Source of the DNA: Pseudobdellovibrionaceae bacterium
GTDB lineage: Bacteria; Bdellovibrionota; FAC87; UBA2466
NCBI GenBank assembly: GCA_023250715.1
Contig: JAHFAF010000010.1
Coordinates: 1-41,494 of the forward strand
Direction of reading: 5' to 3'
Length of the DNA: 41,494 nt
Positions 25,261 through 33,414 of the stretch are shown piece by piece (position 1 is the stretch's first letter; each line of letters begins with the position of its first letter). The notes beneath the pieces are model-generated. The model did no database searches and was not told the origin of the DNA. It saw only the letters and a list, made by a program, of their open reading frames with translations. A program made the position numbers and the translations under genes.

Positions 25261-25478
25261 TAACTCACCGTTTTTAAAGGGCTAACTCTTACCGTTTAGC
25301 TCTCCCAAATGCAACCGTGTTCTAAATCGTGAAGCTCTATTTCTATCTCATCTTAAAGCGAATCACTCCCACGGGCTTTGCATTTCTTACGGCTTTCGTG
25401 GGAGGCAGCAACTTTTTTTCTGTATCGGCCGCGGGAACCTCTCGGCCGGAATACTTGCAAGAGAATCACTATTGGGGG

Positions 25479-26930
25479 TCAAGTAAAGGAGGCCGAGGGG
25501 TGGGAAAGCACCCTTTCCAGACCATTTTCAGTAATAATTGCCGACTCCTGATACTCGTTGTCGCTGTTGATGGACCAAAGATCATGTCGCCGATCTTCCA
25601 GGATATTTTCCGCGGCAAGCATGCCCATCAAAATGCTGTGGTCTTGGTTATTGTATTTGAAAGACCCATAGCGCCCTATCGGCAGAAGCCCTGAGAAACG
25701 ACGCAAATGCTCCGTGACGGGTTTCAGGTTTTCCTTATAACCCTTTTCGTACACCGGGTAACAGCGGGGGACTTTTACTACGTGGCCTTTCAAAATAGCT
25801 GCACTCCCGATGAGTTTTGTCTTGGAGAGTTCGTGTTTGCCCCTTGTGATTAGAGTCTCGTCCGGCTCCCGCCAGAGTGGATCGTTGTCGTTGGACCAGT
25901 ACTCGAGGCAAAGAATGGAATTTTTTGAGGTGCCGTAGAGGTTCGGCACCCAATTTCGAAAGTTAGTGATTCTTCCGGTGACATATTCCGGAGAGTGGAC
26001 GTAAAGCCAGTTGTCTTTGAATAGGTCCGTCCCCTCTACGAGCAAGTACACTAACGTGAGGTGCCGGAATTTTAGCTTTCGGGCCGCTTCCAGAATGGCC
26101 GCTGGAGTATCGGCCAGTTTAGCCACAAGGTGGGTAAGAGGCATCGTGGAAACGACGAAATCGAAATCCCGACGCGAGCCCTCCTTTAGCTCAACGCCAA
26201 TGACCTTCGATCCTTCCGTAAGTACGCGTTCGACCGGAGTCTCCAAATGAACCTTTCCTCCGCGGGCAATCACCTCTTCGGCCATCTTCTCGTAAACCGA
26301 TCCGGTCCCCCCGTGAGGATAAGCAAAGAGATCCACCAAGCTCTTGTGCTTTCCTCTGTCTTTGACGAAAGCATCTTTCACCGCCTCAAAGAGGGAAAGT
26401 TTTTTGATTCTTTGAGCGGCGAAATCGGAATCGAGTTCACTGCAGGGAATTCCCCAGAGTTTCTCACTGTACGATTTAAAGAAGACTTCGAAGAGCCGCC
26501 TTCCGAATCGTTGCGTGACCCAACTTTCAAAATCGTCTCTTTTATCTGAGGATCGAAATCTCTGAGCGACATAACTCCCCAAGCAATGGAGCGCCTCCCG
26601 CGGACCGAGATTGAGAAGGGCGTTTACGGGGCTCAAGGGGTAGAGAAAGAAACGGTCCTGATAAAAGATCCGAGTCAGGCGAGAGACCATGGAATAGTTT
26701 TTTCCGACCACCTCCAACCACAAGCCATTCACTCTGGGGTCGTTACTAAAAAAACGGTGAGGCCCCAAATCTACTTTTTGATCCCAAAGGCTCAGCGATC
26801 GGGACATCCCTCCCAAGTGAGGACTAGCCTCGAAGACATCCACGTGGGCGCCGGCTTTGGAAAGTTGATAGGCCGCAGTGAGGCCCGCCGGCCCCGCTCC
26901 AATAACCGCAATATGACTCGATTGGCTCAC
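25479..26930 (-). CDS. FAD-dependent oxidoreductase (amine-oxidase / phytoene-desaturase / UDP-galactopyranose-mutase-like fold)
   Basis: N-terminal dinucleotide-binding motif IAVIGAGPAGLTAAYQLSKAGAHVDVFEAS..GG. 483 aa. GTG start at 26930. Separated by 218 nt from the downstream epimerase gene. Confidence 0.7.
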   Translation of the reverse strand: MSQSSHIAVIGAGPAGLTAAYQLSKAGAHVDVFEASPHLGGMSRSLSLWDQKVDLGPHRFFSNDPRVNGLWLEVVGKNYSMVSRLTRIFYQDRFFLYPLSPVNALLNLGPREALHCLGSYVAQRFRSSDKRDDFESWVTQRFGRRLFEVFFKSYSEKLWGIPCSELDSDFAAQRIKKLSLFEAVKDAFVKDRGKHKSLVDLFAYPHGGTGSVYEKMAEEVIARGGKVHLETPVERVLTEGSKVIGVELKEGSRRDFDFVVSTMPLTHLVAKLADTPAAILEAARKLKFRHLTLVYLLVEGTDLFKDNWLYVHSPEYVTGRITNFRNWVPNLYGTSKNSILCLEYWSNDNDPLWREPDETLITRGKHELSKTKLIGSAAILKGHVVKVPRCYPVYEKGYKENLKPVTEHLRRFSGLLPIGRYGSFKYNNQDHSILMGMLAAENILEDRRHDLWSINSDNEYQESAIITENGLERVLSHPSASFT

Positions 26931-27033
26931 GCGCGAATTAATTCTATCGCAGCTTTGAATGATGCTCTGCGTAGTTTTCTTTATGTTATTCTAGCCGAAG
27001 AAAGGCGTGCCCCCACCGGGCCTTAAATCCATT

Positions 27034-28917
27034 ATGTGCGGCATCATTGGTTACGTTGGTCATCACGATCCCAAAGGGATCTTGTTAGATGGGTTAAAAC
27101 GTCTCGAGTATCGCGGATACGATTCCGCTGGAATCGCGGTGCTTGAAGAAAATAAAGTCGAGGTTTTTCGAAGTGAAGGCCGGTTGCACCGTCTGGAAGA
27201 AAAATTGGGCAATCGCCGCTTTCAGGGGCACGTCGGCGTCGGGCACACTCGATGGGCCACCCACGGTGCGCCCACCGAAGTAAACGCTCACCCGCATCGG
27301 GTCGGCTCCATTACCCTCGTCCATAACGGAATCATTGAAAATTATCTCGAGCACAAAGAAACTCTTCTTAAGCTCGGAAGAAAAATAGCGAGCGATACGG
27401 ACACCGAGATCGTCGCCCACCTCTTCGATATCGAAGTGTCGAAGGGCCAGACCTTGCACCAGGCGGTGCTCAACGTACTGCCGAAACTCAAAGGTTCTTA
27501 TGCATTCGTAATCTTGAACGACAAAGAGCCGAATCTTCTCATTGGCGTGAGAAATGGCGCCCCCCTACTCGCTGGAATTGGGAAAGATGAGTCTTTCGTC
27601 GCTTCCGACGTGCAGGCTATTTTGAGCCGGACAAATCAGATCATTTACTTGAATGAAAATCAGTTCGCCGTCTGCCGACGTGAGGGCGTGGAAGTATTTG
27701 AAGCAAACGGAAAAAAACTCTCACCCGAAGTGAAAACAATCCATTGGACGCCGGAGCAGATGGAAAAGGCGGGATACCGCCATTACATGCTGAAAGAAAT
27801 CCACGAACAATCACGCGCCTTGACCAATACAATTGAGAGTCACATCGATCAGGCGCAGGGCAAAATATGTTTGGCCGGGATCGATTCGGCGAAGAGCAAG
27901 CTCAAAAATATCGGCCGGGTGTCCATCGTAGCCTGTGGGACCGCCCGCCATGCGGGACTCGTTGGTAAAGACTACATCGAGCGCTTCGCCCACATTCCGG
28001 TCGACGTAGATTACGGCTCGGAGTTTCGCTACCGAGATCCTATTTTAGCTCCCGGAACTTTGCTTCTCGTGATTTCCCAATCGGGTGAGACCGCGGATAC
28101 CTTGGCCGCCCTGAGAGAAGGAAAAAACCGCGGCGTGCTCACCCTCGCGATTTGTAATGTGCGCGATAGCACGATTGCCCGCGAAGCGGACCATGTACTT
28201 TACACGAACGCTGGACCTGAGATCGGAGTCGCCTCCACTAAGGCCTTCACGACGCAATTGGCGATGGTCTTCATGTTTGCCGTCGAGTTTGGTCTCATCA
28301 ATAAGACTCTTTCCGAGGACGCGGCAAAGAGCCTGACCTCGGACCTTCTCAAACTTCCCACACTGGTCGATAAAGCGCTTACCCTAGAAAGTGCGATTGA
28401 GACGATAGCGCAGGAACTTCAGCACCACACTTTCTTCTTCTACATGGGCCGCGGCATTCACTTTCCGATTTCACTCGAAGGGGCATTGAAATTGAAAGAG
28501 ATTAGCTATCTCCATGCAGAAGGGTATGCCGCAGGAGAGCTCAAGCACGGACCGATTGCCCTGATCGATCGCAACACCGTGATCATCGTGCTCGCGCCCA
28601 AAGACAGGGAAACCAAGTTCGATGCAGGAGGCCACCTTGCCTCCCTGTCGCAGACGCTTCATGAAAAAACGATGAGTAACCTCCAGGAAGTGAAAAGCCG
28701 CGGGGGTAAGATCTGGACCGTCGGCGGGGAGTCCGAAGCAGGCACCGCTTTTGATACGGAGTCGGACTATTTTACGGCGATTCCAAACTCTACCTGGAGC
28801 TTGAATCCAATTCTACTCAGCATTCCCATGCAGCTGTTCGCCTACCACGTGGCGCTCCAACGCGGCACAGATGTCGACAAACCAAGGAATTTGGCTAAAA
28901 GTGTAACCGTAGAATGA
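27034..28917 (+). CDS. glmS: Glutamine--fructose-6-phosphate aminotransferase (isomerising)
   Basis: MCGIIGYVG (N-terminal nucleophile Cys directly after Met, so ATG 27034 rather than the track's GTG 27007), GHTRWATHG, two SIS domains (ISQSGETADT), and the C-terminal DKPRNLAKSVTVE. Confidence 0.97.
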   Translation: MCGIIGYVGHHDPKGILLDGLKRLEYRGYDSAGIAVLEENKVEVFRSEGRLHRLEEKLGNRRFQGHVGVGHTRWATHGAPTEVNAHPHRVGSITLVHNGIIENYLEHKETLLKLGRKIASDTDTEIVAHLFDIEVSKGQTLHQAVLNVLPKLKGSYAFVILNDKEPNLLIGVRNGAPLLAGIGKDESFVASDVQAILSRTNQIIYLNENQFAVCRREGVEVFEANGKKLSPEVKTIHWTPEQMEKAGYRHYMLKEIHEQSRALTNTIESHIDQAQGKICLAGIDSAKSKLKNIGRVSIVACGTARHAGLVGKDYIERFAHIPVDVDYGSEFRYRDPILAPGTLLLVISQSGETADTLAALREGKNRGVLTLAICNVRDSTIAREADHVLYTNAGPEIGVASTKAFTTQLAMVFMFAVEFGLINKTLSEDAAKSLTSDLLKLPTLVDKALTLESAIETIAQELQHHTFFFYMGRGIHFPISLEGALKLKEISYLHAEGYAAGELKHGPIALIDRNTVIIVLAPKDRETKFDAGGHLASLSQTLHEKTMSNLQEVKSRGGKIWTVGGESEAGTAFDTESDYFTAIPNSTWSLNPILLSIPMQLFAYHVALQRGTDVDKPRNLAKSVTVE

Positions 28918-31900
28918 AGCTGAGTATTAAAGAAGTTCTTCATCAGCGCATCCTCGTTGTGGATGGGGCGATGGGTACCGCCATCCAGGCCAGAAACCTT
29001 ACCGACCAGGATTTTGGAGGCCCTCAATACGAGGGGTGTAACGAATACCTCGTTATCACCAAACCTGAGGTAATCGCGGCTATCCATGAAGATTACCTGA
29101 AAGCCGGCTGCGATATCATCGAGACAAATACCTTCGGCGGCACACCGTTGGTCTTGGATGAATATGCGCTGGGGAGTCGCACCCATGAGATCAATCTGAC
29201 GGCTGCGCAAATCGCCCGAAAAGCCGCCGATAAATATTCGACACCCGAACAGCCGCGCTTCGTTGCAGGCTCAATGGGCCCGACGACGAAGGCCATTTCA
29301 GTCACGGGTGGTGTCACTTTCGACGCCTTAATCGACAATTTTTACGCCCAAGCAAAGGCGCTTGTCGAAGGGGGGGTCGACTACCTTCTCTTAGAGACCT
29401 GCCAAGACACCCGAAACGTGAAAGCGGGATTACTGGGAATAGACCGGCTATTCGCCGAAACGAAAAAGCCTATCCCCATCGCGATTTCTGTCACGATCGA
29501 GGCCATGGGCACAATGCTCGCCGGGCAGAGTATCGAAGCACTTACAGTGGCGATGTCTCACCGTGATCTTCTTTACCTCGGACTGAACTGTGCGACGGGG
29601 CCGGAATTCATGACGGATCATATCCGCTCGCTCGCTGAGATTTCGCCCTTTCCTGTTTCTTGCGTTCCGAACGCGGGCCTTCCGGATGAAAACGGGTGCT
29701 ATCTCGAAACGCCCGAGATGGTTTCGAACATTCTCGAGCGCTTCGTCTCGAAGGGGTGGATCAATGTCTTGGGCGGCTGTTGTGGAACTCATGCTGGCCA
29801 TATTACCGCGCTGAAAAACTTAGCGGACAAGGCAAAGCCCCATGTTTGTAACCCCCGCAAAAAATCTTCCATTTCCGGGGTAGATTATTTGGAAATCACC
29901 GATGAAATGCGCCCGGTAATCGTAGGGGAGCGCACCAATGTGATCGGAAGCAAGAAGTTCAAGACGCTCATTTGCGAAGAAAAATTTGATGAAGCCTCCG
30001 ACGTCGCGCGCTCTCAGATGAAAGGCGGTGCGCACATTTTGGATATCTGTCTTGCGAACCCCGATCGAAACGAAATGGACGACATGCGCCGCTTTCTCGA
30101 GATCGCGGTCAAGAAGGTCCGCGCCCCATTGATGATCGACTCGACCGATGAGAAGGTAATTGCGATGGCCCTCACCTACTCTCAGGGCAAGGCAATCATT
30201 AACTCGGTAAACTTAGAAGACGGCGAAGAACGTTTCGAAAAAGTATTGCCGCTCGTAAAGCAATTTGGTGCCGCACTCGTCGTCGGAACGATTGACGATG
30301 ACCCCCAACAGGGCATGGGCGTCACTCGCCTGAGAAAGCTCGCAATTGCCGAGCGTGAGTATCATTTGCTTACACAAAAGTACGGCATACCTCCGGAAGA
30401 TATTTACTGGGATCCGTTGGTGTTCCCTTGCGCCACCGGAGATGCTCAATATGTCGGGTCCGCTGTGGAGACCATTGAAGGCATTCGACTGATTAAGGAA
30501 AAGTTTCCTGCCACACGCACTATCTTAGGTATTTCAAACGTGAGCTTCGGTTTGCCGAATGCGGGGCGCGAAGTCCTGAATTCCGTTTTTCTCTATCATT
30601 GCGTACAGGCAGGGCTCGATCTTGCAATCGTGAATGCCGAAAAGCTCGAGCGTTACGCCAGCATACCCGAGGCCGAGAGAAAGCTTTCGGAAGATCTCCT
30701 TTATAATCGGGGAGCGGACCCTATTGCTGCCTTTGCGGCTCATTTTCGAAAAAAGAAACCCACAGTAAAAAATACCGGGGAAAAACTCCCTCTCTTGCAG
30801 CGACTGGCTCAATACATCATCGAAGGATCAAAGGACGGGCTTGTTGAGGACTTAAATGAAACATTGAAGGCCATGAAGCCGCTCGAGATTATTAATGGCC
30901 CCCTTATGAAGGGCATGGATGAGGTCGGCCGGCTCTTCAATTCGAATCAATTGATTGTCGCGGAAGTCCTTCAATCAGCTGAGGCAATGAAGGCAGCGGT
31001 GAGCCACCTTGAGTCCTTCATGGAAAAGAACGACACTTCTAGTCGCGGAAAAGTTCTTTTAGCGACGGTAAAAGGAGACGTTCACGACATCGGAAAAAAT
31101 CTTGTCGAAATTATTTTGGCGAATAATGGGTTTAAAGTCGTAAATCTCGGGATCAAAATTCCACCCGAGCAACTGATCAAAGCAGTGAGAGAGCACAAAC
31201 CCGACATGATTGGGTTGAGCGGCCTTCTCGTAAAATCGGCACAGCAGATGGTGTTGACTGCCGATGATCTCACCAAAGCGGGAGTTACCTTGCCGATGAT
31301 GGTGGGAGGTGCTGCCCTTTCCCAAAATTTCGTTGATAAACAGATCGCCGTCGCCTATGGCGGCACGGTCATGTATGCCAATGACGCCATGAAGGGGCTC
31401 GATCTCGCAAAACAGATCGTGGACCCCAATGCTTTCGATAAACTAAAGGAACAGCTGGCTACGCGAAGAGCCCAGCTTAAGCTAGAGGCAAAGCCCGCCG
31501 GGCCAGTGGAAGTCGAATCGAGCACGCGCTCGAGCTTAATCCAAATTCTCCCCCAAGTTCCCGCGGCTCCCGATCTCCATCGGCACGTCATACGAAACAC
31601 GCCGATTGACCAGATCTGGAAATTTGTAAACCCACTCATGCTCTACGGCCGGCACCTCGGCATCCGAGGTGAGACAGTTAGAAGCCTCGACAAATGGGGA
31701 GCTCAAATTAGGGATAAAGACCCGAAGGCCGCAGATATTCTGACCGCGGTTCAAGAGGTGAAAGAGAAATTCCGAAATACGGAAGTTCTTGGGCCTGTCT
31801 CAGTCTATCGATTTTTCAAAGCGGGGAGCCAAGGAAATAAACTCTTGCTTGAAGACGGTGGCAAACTCGTTTCCTTCGATTTGCCGCGCCAACTTAAGAA

Positions 31901-32393
31901 AGACGGCCTTTGCCTCTCCGACTATGTCCGACCCGTGAATGCCCAGGGGCTTAACGACACACTGGCGCTCTTCGTCGTTAGCGTTGGAAAGGGAGTCAGG
32001 GAAGTCGCTGATGAAATGAAAAATAGGGGCGATTATCTAAAGTCCCACATACTTCAGGTATTGGCACTTGAGTCCGCCGAAGCTTACGCCGAGTGGCTCC
32101 ATTCCCAGATTCGAAAGATGTGGGGTTTTGCAGATCCTACCGAGATAACCATGGTCGAGCGCTTTCAGGCGAAATACCACGGCAAGCGCTACTCCTTTGG
32201 GTACCCCGCGTGCCCAAGACTCGACGATCAAACGCTTCTATTTCAGCTGCTCCAACCGGAAGAGATAGGAGTGCAGCTCACCGAGGGCTTCATGATGGAC
32301 CCGGACGCGAGTGTGTCGGCATTGGTTTTCCATCACCCGCAAGCGAGTTACTTCAGTGTTGGGCAACGGAATGAAGGAGAGGCCATTGGCTAA
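28914..32393 (+). CDS. metH: Cobalamin-dependent methionine synthase (all four modules)
   Basis: Hcy-binding Zn cysteines (GLNCATGP, GGCCGT), pterin-binding domain (GERTNVIGS, INSVNLE), B12 motif DVHDIGKN...GLSGL, and the reactivation domain (RYSFGYPACP). ATGA overlap with the glmS stop. Confidence 0.97.
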   Translation: MKLSIKEVLHQRILVVDGAMGTAIQARNLTDQDFGGPQYEGCNEYLVITKPEVIAAIHEDYLKAGCDIIETNTFGGTPLVLDEYALGSRTHEINLTAAQIARKAADKYSTPEQPRFVAGSMGPTTKAISVTGGVTFDALIDNFYAQAKALVEGGVDYLLLETCQDTRNVKAGLLGIDRLFAETKKPIPIAISVTIEAMGTMLAGQSIEALTVAMSHRDLLYLGLNCATGPEFMTDHIRSLAEISPFPVSCVPNAGLPDENGCYLETPEMVSNILERFVSKGWINVLGGCCGTHAGHITALKNLADKAKPHVCNPRKKSSISGVDYLEITDEMRPVIVGERTNVIGSKKFKTLICEEKFDEASDVARSQMKGGAHILDICLANPDRNEMDDMRRFLEIAVKKVRAPLMIDSTDEKVIAMALTYSQGKAIINSVNLEDGEERFEKVLPLVKQFGAALVVGTIDDDPQQGMGVTRLRKLAIAEREYHLLTQKYGIPPEDIYWDPLVFPCATGDAQYVGSAVETIEGIRLIKEKFPATRTILGISNVSFGLPNAGREVLNSVFLYHCVQAGLDLAIVNAEKLERYASIPEAERKLSEDLLYNRGADPIAAFAAHFRKKKPTVKNTGEKLPLLQRLAQYIIEGSKDGLVEDLNETLKAMKPLEIINGPLMKGMDEVGRLFNSNQLIVAEVLQSAEAMKAAVSHLESFMEKNDTSSRGKVLLATVKGDVHDIGKNLVEIILANNGFKVVNLGIKIPPEQLIKAVREHKPDMIGLSGLLVKSAQQMVLTADDLTKAGVTLPMMVGGAALSQNFVDKQIAVAYGGTVMYANDAMKGLDLAKQIVDPNAFDKLKEQLATRRAQLKLEAKPAGPVEVESSTRSSLIQILPQVPAAPDLHRHVIRNTPIDQIWKFVNPLMLYGRHLGIRGETVRSLDKWGAQIRDKDPKAADILTAVQEVKEKFRNTEVLGPVSVYRFFKAGSQGNKLLLEDGGKLVSFDLPRQLKKDGLCLSDYVRPVNAQGLNDTLALFVVSVGKGVREVADEMKNRGDYLKSHILQVLALESAEAYAEWLHSQIRKMWGFADPTEITMVERFQAKYHGKRYSFGYPACPRLDDQTLLFQLLQPEEIGVQLTEGFMMDPDASVSALVFHHPQASYFSVGQRNEGEAIG

Positions 32394-33411
32394 GCAACAT
32401 CAAAGCCTCCCCCTCACTTCATCCACTACGATGATAGGAAGTCTTCCACACCATAATATTGATACTGCTCTTGAGTTTTCCTTTCGCGTGAGCATTCCCT
32501 TTTTGCCTCAGATTCCGATACGAAATCCGTGGGAGTTCATGATTGCGCAGGCCCTGGAAGGAATGCCCGGACTCGAGATTTCTCGAGATGGTTCGACGGC
32601 GTTGAATCAAGAAGTGTGGCTTGGCCGATCCAGGGCCTTCAATCAAAGACTTTTACACGCCTTTGATACGGCCAACGACCCGGAGGCCTTTTCCTCTTTC
32701 GAGCCCTCAAATGCCGCTTCTAGCTGTTGGCATCCCTTTCTTTGGGAATTGGCCGAGAGAAAAATTAAATTAGCGAAAATTCAGATCGCTGGCCCCATTA
32801 CCTCCCAGTGGGTATTGCGAACCAAGGATGGGTCCCACACGGAAAAGATCCCGGAAATCTCGGCACAGATTTATCGTCTTGTGCTCGCTCGAGCCCTTGC
32901 GATGTCCAGGCGCCTTTTTTCCGATGGAATACAGCCCATTCTCTTTCTCGATGAACCAGGGCTCTTTGCGCTCACCCCGGGCAACCCTAAGCACCTTGTC
33001 TCCCTTCAGGAGCTGAAGCTGATGATTCAAGCTCTTAAGAAGGAAGGGGTGATTATGGGCATCCATTGCTGCAGCCACACACACTGGGCGTCTATCTTTA
33101 GCCTCGGGCTCGATATTCTTTCCATCGACACCGCACAATCTCTAAAGGCCATTACTCAGGAACCTGCTCTTCTAGATTCTTTTCTCCTCTCGGGCGGTAG
33201 GCTTTCCTTGGGAGTCGTCCCCACGACGAGAGAAGGGATGTCGGAATGGAACGCGAAAAATCTCTATCATTCCGTTCGATCTTTAATAGAGCCTCGACGT
33301 CTACAGGAATCCATTCTTACTCCGGCTTGCGGGCTAGCACTACATGATGCCAAAGATGCGGAGACCATTCTCGAGACACTTCTCGAATTTCAAAGGCTCG
33401 TCGTGAGTTAG
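32371..33411 (+). CDS. MetE-like / UROD-fold Zn-dependent (thiol) methyltransferase-family protein, function unknown
   Basis: TTMIGSLPH resembles the MetE C-domain TTTIGSFP. GIHCCSH and LTPACGLA resemble the MetE His/Cys...Cys Zn ligand motifs. The start is uncertain: ATG 32371, or TTG 32386 preceded by GGAGAGG. Either overlaps the end of metH. Confidence 0.5.
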   Translation: MKERPLAKQHQSLPLTSSTTMIGSLPHHNIDTALEFSFRVSIPFLPQIPIRNPWEFMIAQALEGMPGLEISRDGSTALNQEVWLGRSRAFNQRLLHAFDTANDPEAFSSFEPSNAASSCWHPFLWELAERKIKLAKIQIAGPITSQWVLRTKDGSHTEKIPEISAQIYRLVLARALAMSRRLFSDGIQPILFLDEPGLFALTPGNPKHLVSLQELKLMIQALKKEGVIMGIHCCSHTHWASIFSLGLDILSIDTAQSLKAITQEPALLDSFLLSGGRLSLGVVPTTREGMSEWNAKNLYHSVRSLIEPRRLQESILTPACGLALHDAKDAETILETLLEFQRLVVS

Positions 33412-33414
33412 CGG

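Noticed and set aside
25329-25694. 121-aa plus-strand ORF starting in the 218-nt spacer with a hydrophobic N-terminus (MKLYFYLILKRITPTGFAFLTAFVGG)
   Set aside because: Two thirds of it overlaps the 3' end of the FAD-oxidoreductase gene on the opposite strand. It has no RBS or motif support, so it is probably spurious. The spacer itself is reported as a low-interest finding.
26931-27033. Possible glmS ribozyme/riboswitch in the glmS leader
   Set aside because: The leader is only ~100 nt and is shared with the divergent FAD-oxidoreductase promoter. That is shorter than the ~170-nt glmS ribozyme core. I could not find the conserved core elements. As I recall, the ribozyme is mainly found in Gram-positive lineages, whereas this locus looks Gram-negative.
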